From Malacoraja senta (taxonomy: Eukaryota): a stretch of DNA of 64,000 nt. A program made the position numbers and the translations under genes. The notes beneath the pieces were generated by a model that saw only the letters and a program-made list of their open reading frames with translations, ran no database searches and was not told the DNA's origin. How positions within the stretch are numbered: the stretch's first letter is position 1; every line of letters begins with the position of its first letter. Below are positions 12,590 through 26,669 of the stretch, one piece after another. The stretch is from positions 22,134,001 through 22,198,000 of the forward strand of contig CM075980.1 in assembly GCA_038087875.1 (NCBI GenBank), in the 5' to 3' direction.

Positions 12590-15558
12590 CTGCAGAAAAA
12601 TAAAAATCTCAGAATACTAATCATATCACAAAGTTTAAAATAAAAATTAGGTTCAGTGATTTCACTTTCACTTGTATTCAGCAGCACGAAACTGACCAAA
12701 ATTGAGCACATAAAGTTACTATTAAAAGCCAATGTGCACATTTTATTTATTATAATATTTTGGTGGTACTTTTTAGAAATAGGAAATCTTATACTTACAT
12801 CTTCAGTTTGTTGTGTCAACAGTGTGACATTTTAAGAACTGCAGCAAGACATAAAAACTATTCCATATTCGTTTTGGGCACACCGACACCAAACTCCATT
12901 TAAGGGTAACTGAACATGCATGATTTTGCATACCACTGATATATACACAATATTCATAAAGCACAACACTGCTCAATTCAACAGTCGTATATTTTACTGT
13001 TAAGATGCTAATTTAACCATAAATACACACAAAATCCTAAATTAATGTCATAATCTGACATCCATAAAAGGCACATGATGCCAAGCAACAATGATAACAT
13101 GCATAGCTCTGCAAATGCAATTACTGTTGCATGCAAATGAATCTCTGTTGTGAATCCTGCTGATATCTGCTTGCTCCCTCTTTGCAAATGGCACCAACAT
13201 CAGCTTTTATCTTACAAAGACTACAAAAAATTAAATATGCACAGAGAGAAGCTGGGTAGAGGAAACATTCAGATTCAGTAGACAAAGTGCGGGTTCATTG
13301 AGGCACAAAACATGCTAAACGAAATGAAACCAATTCTTTGAGCGGAGATGGCAATATAAACTGCTAAATTGATTTTCATGCTATCAGGAATGAGAAAATT
13401 AAGTGGAGAACCTGGGTTTTATAGCAAAAAGAACGCAATGCTTGTCTTATGTGGCTCTTATTGGCATTTCCTCATTTCCCAGTGCAAGGCTGGTTAACCA
13501 CCTGCGATTTAGCAAGCTGTATTTTTTTTTAAACACCAGCTCTCATGGCAATCTCTCTCCAGACCCTGGCAGACTGATACGAGTGAGATAGACATTTTAC
13601 TAAAAGTATAGTTTTAATGCACTTGGGGTTAAGCAAAGGACTATGATTTTCTGGTGGGGATGAAAAGCTGAGGGCGATGACTGAAATGGGTGAAACCATC
13701 ATCCCAATGGAGGTATAGGTTATGGCTATTTTTTTTTAAAAACACACTAAATGCTTTTCCAGTGTAATCATTTAAAAAATTAATTGGCAGGATGTGAACT
13801 GGCAGGACTAATACTAATTGACTATCCCCTATAGCCTTTGAGAAGGTTAGGATATGCCACCTTGCTCAACTACTCCATGACACTTGGTAATGCAAACAAA
13901 TTAAATAGCATGTTTTCCATTTTATATTCTTGTAGGTGATGAGAATCAATACTAGGGAAACACGGTTTTTCCAATTGTTGTTGGTACTTAGTACAGCTGA
14001 GACTGAGATTCTTACTTTATATGACAGTGTAAAGGTTTGTGCTGTCAACTCTCAAATTAACTAGTTTGATATCATCCATTATATTAGATTAGTATCACAT
14101 TGGACTGGGTTACATGTTCTCACTCCTTCCAAACTTGGCCTTTGGAAGCAGTGGCCGGTTCCCCTCATGAAAATAAATAGGGAATGCGAGTTACCATAAT
14201 GTCTGTCCCATGCCCTTTTAAGGGGTTCCCTCAGAGTAAGGCCTTTCAAATAAAAGGTTGTGTATTTTTAAGATGGTGGGGGGAATACAGGTATAGGTTC
14301 ATGAACAGAGTGCCAAACAAGCAGAATGCTTTAGCCAGCTGCTTGAATGCTGCTGGAGCTGTATCATCCAGGCACATGAGCATTTACAATCATTCTCATT
14401 GTGTCATGTAGATGGTATAAAGGTTGATGATTTGCTGCAGAAGACTCATCCTCTCGCATGAAGCCACAGAAGCTATATAGCCGAGCTTTGGTCCATGTTG
14501 AAGATAGAGGACTTAGTGATGTTATTACCAACGAATGTCAAGGGTAAATAGCCAGACTATCTTATTGGAAATGGTCAACGTCCAACATTTTTGTAATGTG
14601 AATGTCATATGCCAGTAATAAGCCCACAACTGAACATTGTCCAGGTCTACCTGCATACAGGTGGGGACTGCATCATTTTGAGGAGCTCCAACTTGAGTTG
14701 AACATTGCACAATCATCAATAAGCATTCCCATTCTTGACGTTACTTTGGAAGGCAAGTTATTAATGAAGCAGCTGAAGATAGCTAGGCTTAGCACACTGC
14801 CCTGATGAACCCGTGCAATGATGTCTTGGGCCTGCAAAGATTGATCTCCAACAACCTTGACAAAGCAGCACTGTTGTAGTTTGCCTGTCCCATTTATTTT
14901 CGGGGAATAAATGAATGAATGAAATAAACTTAAGGAAAGGAAAGAAAGTAGTACAGTTGCAAATTCTCTCCCTAGAATTGTTTGTTAAGAGTAACCAATT
15001 TCAAAGTATGCGAAGTGTAAATATAATGGCAAAGAAGCTTAATTCCATTTGGTACAATATTAGTTTAGCACCTGATGCTACAGTACTGGGGGCCAATGCG
15101 TTATCTAGGACAAGGTTATTTAATACAATTATAGATGCAATTCACTGAAAGAAATCCATATGCAAACTGATGGTTTATTTTAAACTGCTAAATAATAGAA
15201 TTATCAGAAAAGGCCAAAGCACAAAAGATTAAAGTCTTTCTGCTTAAGTATTAGCCTTTAAAAAAAAAAAGAATTAACTTTATTTCAGGATGGAAAAAAG
15301 TAGCTTATCTTTCTTATGGAGTACTAAATTCTAACTGGGTTAATTGTAAACTGGGCAATTCAGCACGAGGATTAAAAAAAAGCAAAAGGTTTTCTTTGGG
15401 ATATTGTTCCAAATACTGCTGTAATGGGGTTAATAATAATAAAGCATTGCCTGGAGTGAGGACGTTTGATATGATTAAAATATCTTGCTACAAGATAAAA
15501 TGAAAATGAAATTACTATGCACTGTACCAAATATTCCCTCTCCCTCAAGTTATCAATA

Positions 15559-17199
15559 CAGTGTCCTCCATAATGTTTGGGACAAAGACCCATCATTTAT
15601 TTATTTGCCTCTGTACACCACAATTTGAGATTTGTAATAGAAAAAAATCACATGTAGTTAAAGTGCACATTGTCAGATTTTATTAAAGGGTATTTTTGTA
15701 CATTTTGGTTTCACCATGTAGAAGTTACAGCTGTGTTTATACATCGTTCCCCCATTTTGGGGCACCATAATGTTTGGGACACATGGCTTCACGATGTTTG
15801 TAATTGCTCAGGTGTGTTTAAATGCCTCCTTAATTCAGGTATAAGAGAGCTCTCAGCACCTAGTCTTTCCTCCAGTCTTTCCATCACCTTTGGAAAAGTT
15901 TATTGCTGTTTATCAACATGAGGACCAAAGTTGTGCCAATGAAAGTCAAAGAAGCCATTATGAGACTGAGAAACAAGAATAAAACTGTTAATCGAGACAT
16001 CAGCCATACCTTAGGCTTACCAAAATCAACTGTTTGGAACATCATTAAGAAGAGAGCATGGGTGAGCTTACTAATCACAAAGGGACTGGCAGGCCAAGAA
16101 AGACCTCCACAGCTGATGACAGAATTCTCTCCATAATAAAGAAAAATCCCCAAACACCTGTCCAAAAGATTAGAAACACTCTTCAGGAGTCAGGTGGATT
16201 TGTCAATGACCACTGTCCGCAGAAGACTTCATGAACGGAAATACAGAGGCTACACTGCAAGATGTAAACCACTGGTTAGCCGCAAAAATAGGATGGCCAG
16301 GTTACAGTTTGCCAAGAAGTACTCAAAAGAGCAACCACAGTTCTGGAAAAAGGTCTTGTGGACAGATGAGACGAAGAGTAACAGATGACAAGAGCAAAGT
16401 ATGGAGGAGAGAAGGAACTGCCCAAGATCCAAAGCACCTCATCTGTGAAACCCGGTGGTGGGGGTGTTATGGCCTGGGCATGTATGGCTGCTGAAGGCTC
16501 ACTTATCTTCTTTGATGATACAACTGCTGATGGCAGTAGCATAATGAATTCTGAAGTGTATAGACACATCCTATCTGCTCAAGTTCAAACAAATGCCTCA
16601 CAACTCATTGGCCAGCAGTTCATTCTACAGCAAGACAATGATCCCAAACATACTGCTAAAGCAACAAATTAGTTTTTCAAAACTAAAAAATGGTAAATTC
16701 TTGAGCGGCCAAGTCAATCACCCAATCTGAGCATGCCTTTTATATGCTGAAGAGAAAACTGAAGGGGACTAGCCCCCAAAACAAGCATAAGCTAAAGATG
16801 GCTGAAATACAGGCCTGGCAGAGCATCACCAGAGAAGACACCCAGCAACTGGTGATGTCCATGAATCGCAGACTTCAAGCGGTCATTGCATGCAAAGGAT
16901 ATGCACCAAAATACTAAACACGACTACTTTCATTTACATGACATTGCTGTCCCAAACTTTCATTTACATGACATTGCTGTCCCAAACATTATGGTGACCT
17001 GAAATTGAGGGACTATGTATATTCATTGCTGTAATTTCTACATGGTGAAACCAAAATGTATTAAAATGGGTTTATTAAAATCTGACAACGTGCACTTTAA
17101 CCACATTTGATTTTTTTCTATTACAAATCTCAAATTGTGGAGTACAGAGGCTAATAAATAAATGATGGGTCTTTGTCCCAAACATTATGGACGGCACTG
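15559..17199 (+). mobile_element. Full-length but defective Tc1/mariner transposon (DD34E, long IR/DR-type TIRs)
   Basis: ta|CAGTG...CACTG|ta. TIRs of about 220 bp, each with outer and inner ccataatgtttgggaca repeats. Frameshifted transposase at about 15918-16917 with HTH, WTDE, QQDND and end KGYAPKY*. Confidence 0.95.
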
Positions 17200-20089
17200 T
17201 ATATCTTTTTAGATCTTGAATATTTTCTGATCCAACATTGACATTTCATACATGAAAAGGCAGCGTGTTTGAAAGGAAAATTTGACACATTACAACTCAC
17301 TTTTTCTTTTTAAAAATAAAGAACTAAACTGTTTGCTCTATTGAGTTTCCTAATCTAGCCAAATGTCAGGAACAAATATCAAGGAGAAGTTTAATATATC
17401 TAACTACAGAAGATGATTTTAGGGTAAAACATCAAAAGCCAAGTTGGAGGATAATATCTTTTTTGGAGCATCTTAAAGGAAAGTGGAATGGAGAGGTGCA
17501 AGATTTTAGGAGGGACTTCTAGTAGTTGAGGTGTTGACAGCTAAAGATTCGACTAATAATGATGAAAGTAATGCAGTCCAGAGAGGCCAGACATATTAGA
17601 GTGTTATAGGGTTAGAAGAGTTATGGTGAATACCAAGTGGTTAAAATGTTGAGGGATTTAAAAACAAGATTGCCAAGTTGCTCAGCTGAGCCAACAGAGA
17701 TCACCAAATATAGGGACGATGGATGATCTGAAATTTGATGCAGATTTGGGAATGGGTACCAGATATTTTGATGATTCAAGTTTATTAAGGGGAGAACGAG
17801 AAAATGTAATGGTTGTATTCACATGCAACACATGCATCAAGAGCAGATGAACTGAAGTAGGAGACGGGAAAGATTTGTTGTGTCAATCATTTGATACTAT
17901 TGTTTTAAATCACAGACCTTTCAGTCTTTTCTTTTCTGAATTCTAGCTGCCATTCCATGGAAATCACTATTAAGAATCATTGTCAAGAATGGTGCCTTTT
18001 ATGTTAGTTTGCTATAAACATATGCGTTTGGAGAAATATTTTGACTGTACTGTGATGGAATCTTTTATAACGAATATTTGTTTAATTAGCTTGTTTAAAT
18101 ATCAAAGCAGCAATAAAGCAGAACAAAAAAAACAGAACATAAGTGCAACATCAATAATACGGGGATTAGAGCAATTGGCAAATATTAAAATCGTTAAGCA
18201 TGAAGGATTAAATGATCGTGATTATTTAAAAACTAATGTCCATTGGTTTAGAATAATGGTAGATAAAGTGAGAATTAACCTGAGGAACAGAACAGTTTGC
18301 TGTAGCGTATGCTCTTAAATAACAGATGAAAATGTGAACAAGACAGTTTCATCTTCACTCACTTCTTTTCACTGTTCTTGCCCTATAACATTTATAAGCC
18401 CTGAGGCAGCTGATCTATAGCTGAGCATCCACCCCAAAGACTATCTGGAAGAACAACCACCCAGTGTTTATTCAATAGCAACTATGCTTTCAAGTTCTAA
18501 AATTTCAAATTTGTCAGTACTGATATTCACAAAATTAACCATGAGTAAAAATGTTAAAAAGAATTAGTGACAAAGATAAAAATTAACACTTTGGTGCACT
18601 AGAAGATACTCAATAAGAATAACATAGATTTGACTCAATTAATAAAAAATAAATTATCTGAGGATTGCCTCTCTCTCCCACTCCCACTCCTCTAAACTGA
18701 AATGAATGGAGTTAATGAATCCAAACTATGCCTAGCATGTTTAGGATGATTTGGGGGCATTTCAGGAAGTTGGTGCTCTGCTCCTGGACTCTAAGAGGGA
18801 CCCAATGTCAATGCATAATTGGAAAATTACCAAAGGACACTTCTTTGGAAACTCAGGGCCTTTGGGTGCAAACTGGCTAATGTGGAATTTTGCAGGTATA
18901 AAACTACGTGTGTGTTCACACGCACACACACACATGCACGACAACCAAGGTAAAATTAGTGTTCTCATGCTTTTTTTGCTGAATAGCCAAGCAGGTCAAG
19001 GGGCCAAATGGCCTGCAACTGATGCTATTTTTTCTTTATATTTGGAACACTTTGATAATTTTATGTTGTGCACCTTGAATACTAAACAGATGGTTCAAAC
19101 ATATTTGCCCAAGGATTCCTTCAGGAGAGAATGCCAACCAGTCAGGACAGAATGTATGATTTATTTTATTGGTTAGGCATGGTTTGGATTCATTTTATTC
19201 ACACGGGTTCACTGGCATCTATAATTGTTCTCTGAACAGAGCAATGTGTGGGCTAAGAAATTATATTTTAGAGAATAGACAACAGTCAATCATATTGGTG
19301 GTTAAGAAAGAACTACAGATGCTGGTAAAATCGAAGGTCGACACAAAATGCTGGAGGAAACTCAGTGGGTCAGGCAGCATCTATGGAGAGAAGGAATTGC
19401 TGACATTTCGGGTCAAGAATTATATTGGTGGGACTGGAGTCATTTAGCCACAACAGGCAAAGATAGCAAAAACAGTAAAAAAAAAATTATAATGGAAATT
19501 AACAGGCCACATTTCAAAAATGAGCTTTAAATGGAGAAATATTAAGCAGTTGTGATTATTATATTGGTTGCAGAGGTAGTTTACCAAACCTGGTGTCAAA
19601 TAATTAGGAAAGTAGATGGATTCTGTTTTTCGGTTTGTTCTATATTGCCTGGAAGAGGTACACCAAATGAGGCGCATAGCCTCTGGCATTTACATTAGGT
19701 GAAGGAGAAAATGTATTTTCTATTTTAAAAAAACACTAAACGGTCCTTAAGTTATACAGTACAAAGATCAAGGAATGTGCAAAATAAACCCCAAAAATAC
19801 TAGTAATAAATTATTGTTAAAGTATATTGCGATTATGCATAATTTAGACAAGAGCAATTTTCTTTACGATGTAGCTATGTAAACTCGGTTATCCAATTAG
19901 ATGGCTTAAATTGGTAACTGCACAGGAATTCCAAACATTGACAGCATTTAGACTATCTTATGAAATTTCTCCAAAACAAATTTCACAGTGCTTTTTGTTT
20001 TTGTAAATTGTTTCAAAAGGTTCCTTGCATCACCCAGATTCTCCTCTTACTGTTAAAGTAAGAAAAAAGTCTAGTCATGAAGCAAATAC

Positions 20090-20110
20090 CTTAAAGTGTT
20101 ATTGGGCAAG
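20090..20110 (-). CDS. CLIP1: CLIP1 21-nt cassette microexon (KK-SLPNNTL-RES)
   Basis: Minus strand reads ttctaac...ttcttgttatcttgcattttaaag|CTTGCCCAATAACACTTTAAG|gtattt. Symmetric phase 2-2 and open. Resembles an SLPSNTL insert I recall at this junction in mammalian CLIP1 isoforms. Confidence 0.8.
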
Positions 20111-22532
20111 CTTTAAAATGCAAGATAACAAGAAGCACAAGTTAGAAACATGGAAGAAAAAATGCAAATTACAATCCAGGAAGTTACACAATTCCGCATT
20201 AAATGGTTTATTTCGTTAAAAAACTGCTTGAAATAATTCACACAGAAGCAAGACACAGTAAAGGAAGGTTGCAGCCATTGTATGTACAAAAAATTATTAT
20301 GGTTTGATTGGTTTTGGCTACTTATTGTAACGTGGATAGACCTTTTTCAGTCTTACCATCAAAGACAGACAGATTTAGCAAGGACAGCAAAATTAGGAGA
20401 AAGAGAGGAGGGAGATGAGGTTTTGTAAGTTAAGCAGAGAGACAATGACACTTTGCAAGCCACAGTGACTTGTTTGACATTGCGTTAGCACAGAAACAGA
20501 AGTCAATGTTCAATAAAATAGAAATACATTTATCTTTCAAAGATTAACATTAATTTAACAAGGCATATTTTCAATTACAATTCAAAGGATTTTCTTGATG
20601 GTCAGAAATTGCTTCAAAATGTATATATATATATATTTTAAAATGTCTTGAGAGATGCTGTATCATTTTGACAGCAAGCAACAAAAAAGTATATTTGCAT
20701 TTTCTGACAATACCAAGAACGGACACAGACTTTGAGTGTTTTTAGTTAATTTTAAATTGGGTTCTGAAACAATTCAGCATGACTCAGTTCAAAATATAAT
20801 TCTAGGACAAAAAAAGGTTATAGAGAATACTGTCCTGTGTCTTTTTCAAGAACAAAATGTTCAGAAAGAGCATTCAATGGTCATCCAAATTTAGCCAGTT
20901 ACAATTAATCTTAAAAATGGAAAAAGTAAATATTTAAACAGAGCACACACTAAACTATTTTGACCAAGTCTTGCTGTATTATCATAGAACTCAATATATA
21001 ATATTAATCTCGAAGAAAGTCATAACTTCTAAAATAAAATGCATGCTGGATAGAACTATAATAGTCCAATAAAATTGTCCTCACTTTTCTATTAGCAATT
21101 TGCATCTAGTTCAGGTCCAAATGAAGTAACTATTTAATCTGTGCCTTTGTAGATTTTATGAACTTTATCCTACATATCTACAGCCATGTAAACTCATATT
21201 ACTCAACGTGCATTAATAATATTGAGGAGCAACTGTATTCTTTTAATGTTAAGAAAGCTTTGATTTGGATTTAATCTCTAGCAAGATCTGGGTCACAGCA
21301 AAAGAAGATAATTGCTTTGGATTTTTTATTTTAAACAGGTAAAGGATAAATGTTGATTCTATAATCAAATGCAGTGCAAAAGACAGATTTGTGCAATCAA
21401 AAACTGTTTGTTTATCTTATTCGATAAGTGAATTATTTAAAAAGTAAAAGCTTAACTGCAGATTAATTCAAAATTATGTTATTTACTAATAATTTCAATT
21501 CATTAACTGGATAAAATGCTAACATATTCCCAAATCCTACCTAATTTGATGGCTAATAGCATCAACCAAATTGGGGTCTTCAACTTTACAGCATTAAAAT
21601 ATGAATTCTACATAATTTTATGAACATCTGGCAACAACGAATTTAGCTGCAAATGTTTTGGAATGCTTAAGTTAGTTCAGTAGTATTTAACTAAATAACT
21701 TTAAATATTTACTGCTTACTTTTGGAATCAACTATTGAAAACATGAAACTATTACAATGGGAGAGTTCAATTGCAATTTATATATTAAAGCTAATCTCCG
21801 ACGAGGAAAAACAATTACTATTTCACTTTTTTTTTTTAAATGAGGCCAACAACACAAATGCTCTAAAATAACAAGTAAAGAGGTCACATGTTAAATTTAA
21901 AACAGAGTTCAATTATTTCAACAGATTCTATCATCACAAAAATGTTGAAAATATGCTTACCATAAAAATAACATGTTGAGCACTGATCAAGCCCCAATTT
22001 ATATTAAAAATAAATTTCTATCAGGTTTAGTTTTACCAAACTAACCCAACAATGTAGTGGTCAATGAATAAGTCATTTGCCTTCTGCCCCCAAAGCATTA
22101 ATTGAACAAACCCATTCAGTTCCTAGCACTAACAAACCCCTTCAACACAGGACTTTGTACCTTAAGAACAACATTTCCACAAATCATGCTTCATACAACT
22201 CCAATAGACATATCTGACGTCTTCACTCAAGTTAAAAATGCTGAGATTAGCTTATTCTAGTTTAAATTGATAATTTTTACCATTTACAAAATGATCTGAG
22301 ATCATTGAGTAGTAGATAGTATGCACAAAGTGAACAAGTCATCTGTTAATCTTTATGTATTAGGTACTGGGGACATTTTCTTTTAAAGCTAGTTACTTAA
22401 CTGACAGCCTTTCATTCATATTTAACAATACTCCTACACTATTTAGCAGCCAACCTGATTAGCTCATCTGTTTATACAGCCTCCTGATTTTCCAGGAAAA
22501 AAATATTCTGTGACAGAATTTGGAGACCTTAC

Positions 22533-22582
22533 CTCTTTTTCATTTCTAGTAGCTGATTATTAAGTGCAGATCGCTCTTCGAG
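22533..22582 (-). CDS. CLIP1: CLIP1 exon (50 nt)
   Basis: LEERSALNNQLLEMKK(R). Acceptor tttcag, donor gtaagg, phase 0 to 2. Confidence 0.93.
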
Positions 22583-23069
22583 CTGAAATTTAAAAAAAGC
22601 ATAGCTTGATACTTTGTTACCAAAGAGCTTCAAGAAGAGCAAGCTCCATATCGCTCCAGAGAAACACATAAAAATACAAAATCAAAACCAGTAATGAAAG
22701 TTTTATTGTCTTAATCATTATTAATTCTTAAATTCCTCAACAGCAAAGTGCAAGAAAAGGCATAAGAATAGTTACGCATGTATTGCTGTTTGTCTGTAAA
22801 AACCTATTTTGGCTTGTAAGTGAAATATAGATGAACAAAACAGAAGAACTTATTCTAAGTAGTGATACTGGAATAATCTCAAGCTAAAATATACAAAAAA
22901 ATCAACCACAGTTCAAATATAGCTTGCACTTTGCTTTGCTATGAAACTGCAATTATGTGAAGAAAAAGGATGCACATGTTAAATAACTCCTAACGTTATA
23001 TTTTTGAAACAGATGCAATATTTCTAGGATCCAGCCAGGACTACAAGAATTTAAAATTGTACTAACTCA

Positions 23070-23380
23070 GGGCTGCACTGTGGCACAGTGGTAGAGTTGC
23101 TGCCTTAAAGTGCCAGAGACCAGTGTTTAAATGTGACTACGGGTGCTGTCCGTATGAAGTTTGTACATTCTCTCCGTAACCTGCATGGGTTTTCTCCGGG
23201 TGCTCCGGTTCCCTCTCACACTCCAAGGACATACAGGTTTGTAGGCTAATTGGCTTGGTAAAATTGTAAATTGTCTCTAGTATGTGTAGGATAGTGTTAG
23301 AGTGCGGGGATCCATGGTCGGCGTTGTGGCCCTGGGCCGCAGGGCCTGGTTCCGCGCTATATCTAAATTGAACTGAACAG
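23070..23380 (+). mobile_element. tRNA-derived SINE (HE1/V-SINE-like)
   Basis: gtggcacagtggtagagttgctgcc head and family body. Confidence 0.8.
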
Positions 23381-23934
23381 TATTGCAAAAACACATATAT
23401 TTAATATAGCTGTCAATTGTATTATGTAACTTTATATTGTATCACAATTTCTTGAAGCATTTCATACATTTGGAGGGTAGTAACCAAAATGAAAGAACAG
23501 AATTCATGGAACAACTATAACGTGGATAACCAACTGATCTGTTTTTGATGGTAAAGATTGAAGAATGTTGGTCAATACAAATCAAGAAAAATGCCATAGG
23601 ATTTTAATAACAGAAAAAGTCAAGACGTTGGTAACTCATCCATAACATCACAAACTATTTTCCGTGTTCACTTTTCCTCTGAATTGTCTGCTTACACACT
23701 GCTCTACAGAGAGCCTCAATTAAATAAATAAAAAGTCGCCCTCAATCTCAATCAGAAATCTGACAAACTTTTCAGTTATTCATATACTTGCACTAAAATT
23801 GTTTCTAATTTTCACCACGATTGACTTCCATTATACCAATTTGTTCATTACCAGTGGCGTTCATGCATACTATTAAATTAAAGAAATGCTATTAAAATAT
23901 GTGTTCTTTAGAGGCACCACATTGACAAAGCATT

Positions 23935-24295
23935 GTTGCCCATATGGTGCAATAGTAATAAACTGGAGCTCAATGCTCTTAAGGCAGTGGAATTGATTGT
24001 AGACTTTAGGAGAGCCCCCCCTCCCCCACCCATCCTCAACAGCACTGCAGTCACGACTGTGGAGACATTTAAGTTCCTTGGAACCATCATCTCCAGGGAC
24101 TTTAAATGGGAGACCACCATTGACTCCACAGTCAAAAAGGCCTCACAGATGATGCACTTCTTGCGGCAACTGAAGAAACATAACCTGAGGAAACATAACC
24201 TTGGGTCCAGTTATACACTGCCATCATAGAGTCTGTCCTCACCTCCTCTATCATGGTCTGGTTCAGCTCAGCCACCAAACATGACACCCGGAGTG
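23935..24295 (+). mobile_element. LINE RT C-terminal fragment (Rex1/Babar-like)
   Basis: WCNSNKLELNALK...LIVDFRR...VETFKFLGTIIS...MHFLRQLKK. Confidence 0.75.
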
Positions 24296-25339
24296 CACTT
24301 TAGATATATACATGTGCAATGTATAGCAAGCTGCTCCTTTTTACTCTTTCTCTTTAATTTTACATTTTTGAATGATTATGTTTTTTTTACTGCCTGCTGT
24401 ATATTGTGTTTTTACCACGTGTGAGCAAACCACCAAGTTAAATTCCTTCTATGTGTACATACTTGGCCAATAAATTGCTTCCGATTCTAAATTGATTCTG
24501 ATAAAGAACAAATGTTTTAACAAGTTTTAGTTTTCTCTAGGAATTTAAAATAAAGGCAGGTCTTTGGCTTCACAATGAAATGTTAATGCTTTGCACATAC
24601 CGTTCATTCATGTACAAAATTCAGCTTTTATATGAAATCGCCACTTCACAACAAAAAATTACTTTGCATTATACCCTGGTGTGGTCCTGCCGTACAAAAT
24701 TGAATTTAAATATATCTTCAACATTAACACTGATCTTGAGTGTTTACTGGCCCATGCATTGTGTGATTTACAGCTCAGGTGCACTGTTTTTATTTTATAA
24801 TAGTAACTCCATTTCAAAAGAACTTCATTGGATATAAAGCACTTTGGAGTATACCAGGGTTGCAAAGGCACTGCACAACTTTCACATAATTAACCTGGCA
24901 TGACAACACAATTCTTTAAACATTAATGATTACAGTGGCTCTGCACAAAATGGTAAACCACTGAAAATTAAACTTAAAGGAATGATTTAGACAAGTTGGG
25001 TGCATGGGCAATTGCATAACAGGTGCAGTTTAACGAGGGTAAATGGACATCATCCATTTAAATTTTCTAAAAATAGTAAGATGGATTATTATCTGCAAGG
25101 TCATAGATTGGGAAGAGAAAAGGTGCAACAAGACCTGCATGGGGTGAAAGGTTGCAACCTTCACGTGGTCCGCCCTGTTTCGATGAATGCAATCAACCTG
25201 GCATGCAGAATCAAATAAGATCAAATAGAACAAGTTGTCCTACAACTTTAGGTTGTGCACGCTATACGCAAGAAGAAGAAGGCCTGCGTGTCCTTGAATG
25301 TTTGCTTTCAGCAACTGGTACACAGGTGGAGCAAGCAGA

Positions 25340-25760
25340 AAGAAAAATTGTATGTTGACCCCAATTGTAAGGGGATTTGAGTATAGGAGCAAGAATGTCT
25401 TGCTGCCACTGTCTGGGTTCTCGGTACGACCCCACCTGGATTTCTGGTATCTTTATCTGAGGAAGGATTTTCAAGCCCAAAAGGTTTATTTGACCGATTT
25501 ATGGCGTGGTTGGTCTGAGCTCCGAGGAGAGATTGGTTTAGTTAGGCCCATGTCCACTGGAAGTTAAAAGATTGAGAGGGGATCTCCGAGAAACCTATAA
25601 AATTCCAACAGGACGAGACCAATGGGAGATTTTAAGAATGGCTGATGTCCAGATCTATTGGTCACAGCCTAAAGAAAGAGCATGTTATTAGAGCAGAGTT
25701 CAGGAAAAATGTATTCTGTCAGAGTACGGTGAACCTGCGATTTCTGAATCAAAGGAAGCA
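25340..25760 (+). mobile_element. Degenerate CR1 LINE 3' fragment
   Basis: RGFEYRSK...VRPHLD... and a decayed RLRGDL/ETYKI segment. Confidence 0.6.
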
Positions 25761-26669
25761 GTAGAGACCACAAGGAGGTGATCTTATTCCCATCTAGTTT
25801 TAATGCTTAATCAATCACAATCACAATAATACCTTATTAGCCAAGTATGTTTTGCAACATACAAGGAATTTCATTTGCCAAGTCAGTCGTACAAATAAAA
25901 AGCAACGGAACACACAAAACACATTTTAAACATAAACATCCACCACAGTGATTCCTCCACATTCCTCACTGTGATGGAAGGCGAAAAAAAGTTCAAATCT
26001 CTTCCCTTAGCTCATTAAGGTATCAATAGAATATGGGGACGAGAATAAAGTAATGAATTGGAGGATCACCCATGATCATGCTGAATTGTGAAGTAGACCC
26101 AATTTGCGGAAAACCCTACTTTTGCTCCCATTTTCTTTGTTCTTATAACTAATGTTAAAACAATAAACCAGAGGTCCCCAAGGAGTGGCACATGTACCAC
26201 CTGGGTATTAAAGCATCTGTATGGGTGCAAAAATGAAATTATATAATGGTGGGTCAGGGGTCAGTGCAGACTATCAGGTTAAATGGTTGGTCAGATTACA
26301 ATTGGGATTTAAGAGGCCAAAGTAGTGTCTATTCTGACAGGAATATGCACAGCAAATAAATACACAATGAATTATTATGGATAAACCAAATGGATATCAA
26401 GAATGCCTGCAACCCTGGCCATTCCCTTTTCTCCCTTCTTGGAAAAGATACAGGATCTTCAAAGCTCAGACACCCAGACTTAACTACACCTTCCCCCTGC
26501 TATACAATTCTTCAATCAATCACCTCTTTCACCCTCCATTCCCAGAAAGACTGTTGCACTCTTACTCTCAACTCTACTACATTCGGTTATCCAATTATTG
26601 TACATTATTCTTTTGCACCACATGGATGTTGCACTATAATCTTAACCCATTCTGTTGTTTTGTGCTCAT

